A program made the position numbers and the translations under genes. Below, in pieces: positions 63,925-64,000 of a stretch of DNA of 64,000 nucleotides. The first letter of the stretch is position 1; each line of letters begins with the position of its first letter. Source of the stretch: Lama guanicoe. Its lineage: Eukaryota. The notes beneath the pieces are model-generated. The model was not told where the DNA came from. It did no database searches and worked only from the letters and a program-made list of their open reading frames with translations. The DNA lies in NCBI GenBank assembly GCA_013239625.1, contig MU054187.1, forward strand, positions 19,088,711 through 19,152,710, given 5' to 3'.

Positions 63925-64000
63925 AAGAGGAAGATCTTGTAATCCAAACTTCATAGGTAAGGAAACTAAGGCACAAAGAAATTACGTAATTGACTCCTGC

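Larger units (their letters stand above)
51153..64000 (-). other. ZNF704: ZNF704 upstream intron (first exon/promoter outside the window)
   Basis: Acceptor at 51153-51154. No CpG-island promoter is seen up to 64000. Confidence 0.75.

Overview
Mammalian (non-prokaryotic) genomic DNA, most likely a camelid, judged from four copies of a tRNA-Ala-derived SINE resembling vic-1 and from artiodactyl-type L1 3' ends. The window appears to lie inside the ZNF704 gene on the minus strand. The only protein-coding exon I can support is the 242-nt exon at 50911-51152, which carries the annotated ATG ([13 protein letters not shown]...NIDVPPAR) and has canonical AG/GT borders. The rest is long-intron sequence full of old and lineage-specific repeats (L1, L2, CR1/L3, MIR, MaLR/ERVL LTRs, hAT/Tigger MITEs) plus a few likely regulatory elements. 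The other ORF-track entries look spurious. I found no convincing new biological system. The most interesting observations are: (1) the exon geometry, where a back-spliced circle would carry a complete ORF whose stop overlaps its own start, plus an AG|GT junction and an open in-frame 5' end; (2) a fold-back rearranged MLT2 LTR forming a long hairpin; (3) a near-perfect 87-bp duplication around an unexplained 69-bp filler; (4) a CTCF/MEF2/GC-box module near 10.1 kb; (5) transduction-like tails on one SINE and one L1. Repeat subfamily names come from recall of consensus sequences, and repeat boundaries are approximate.
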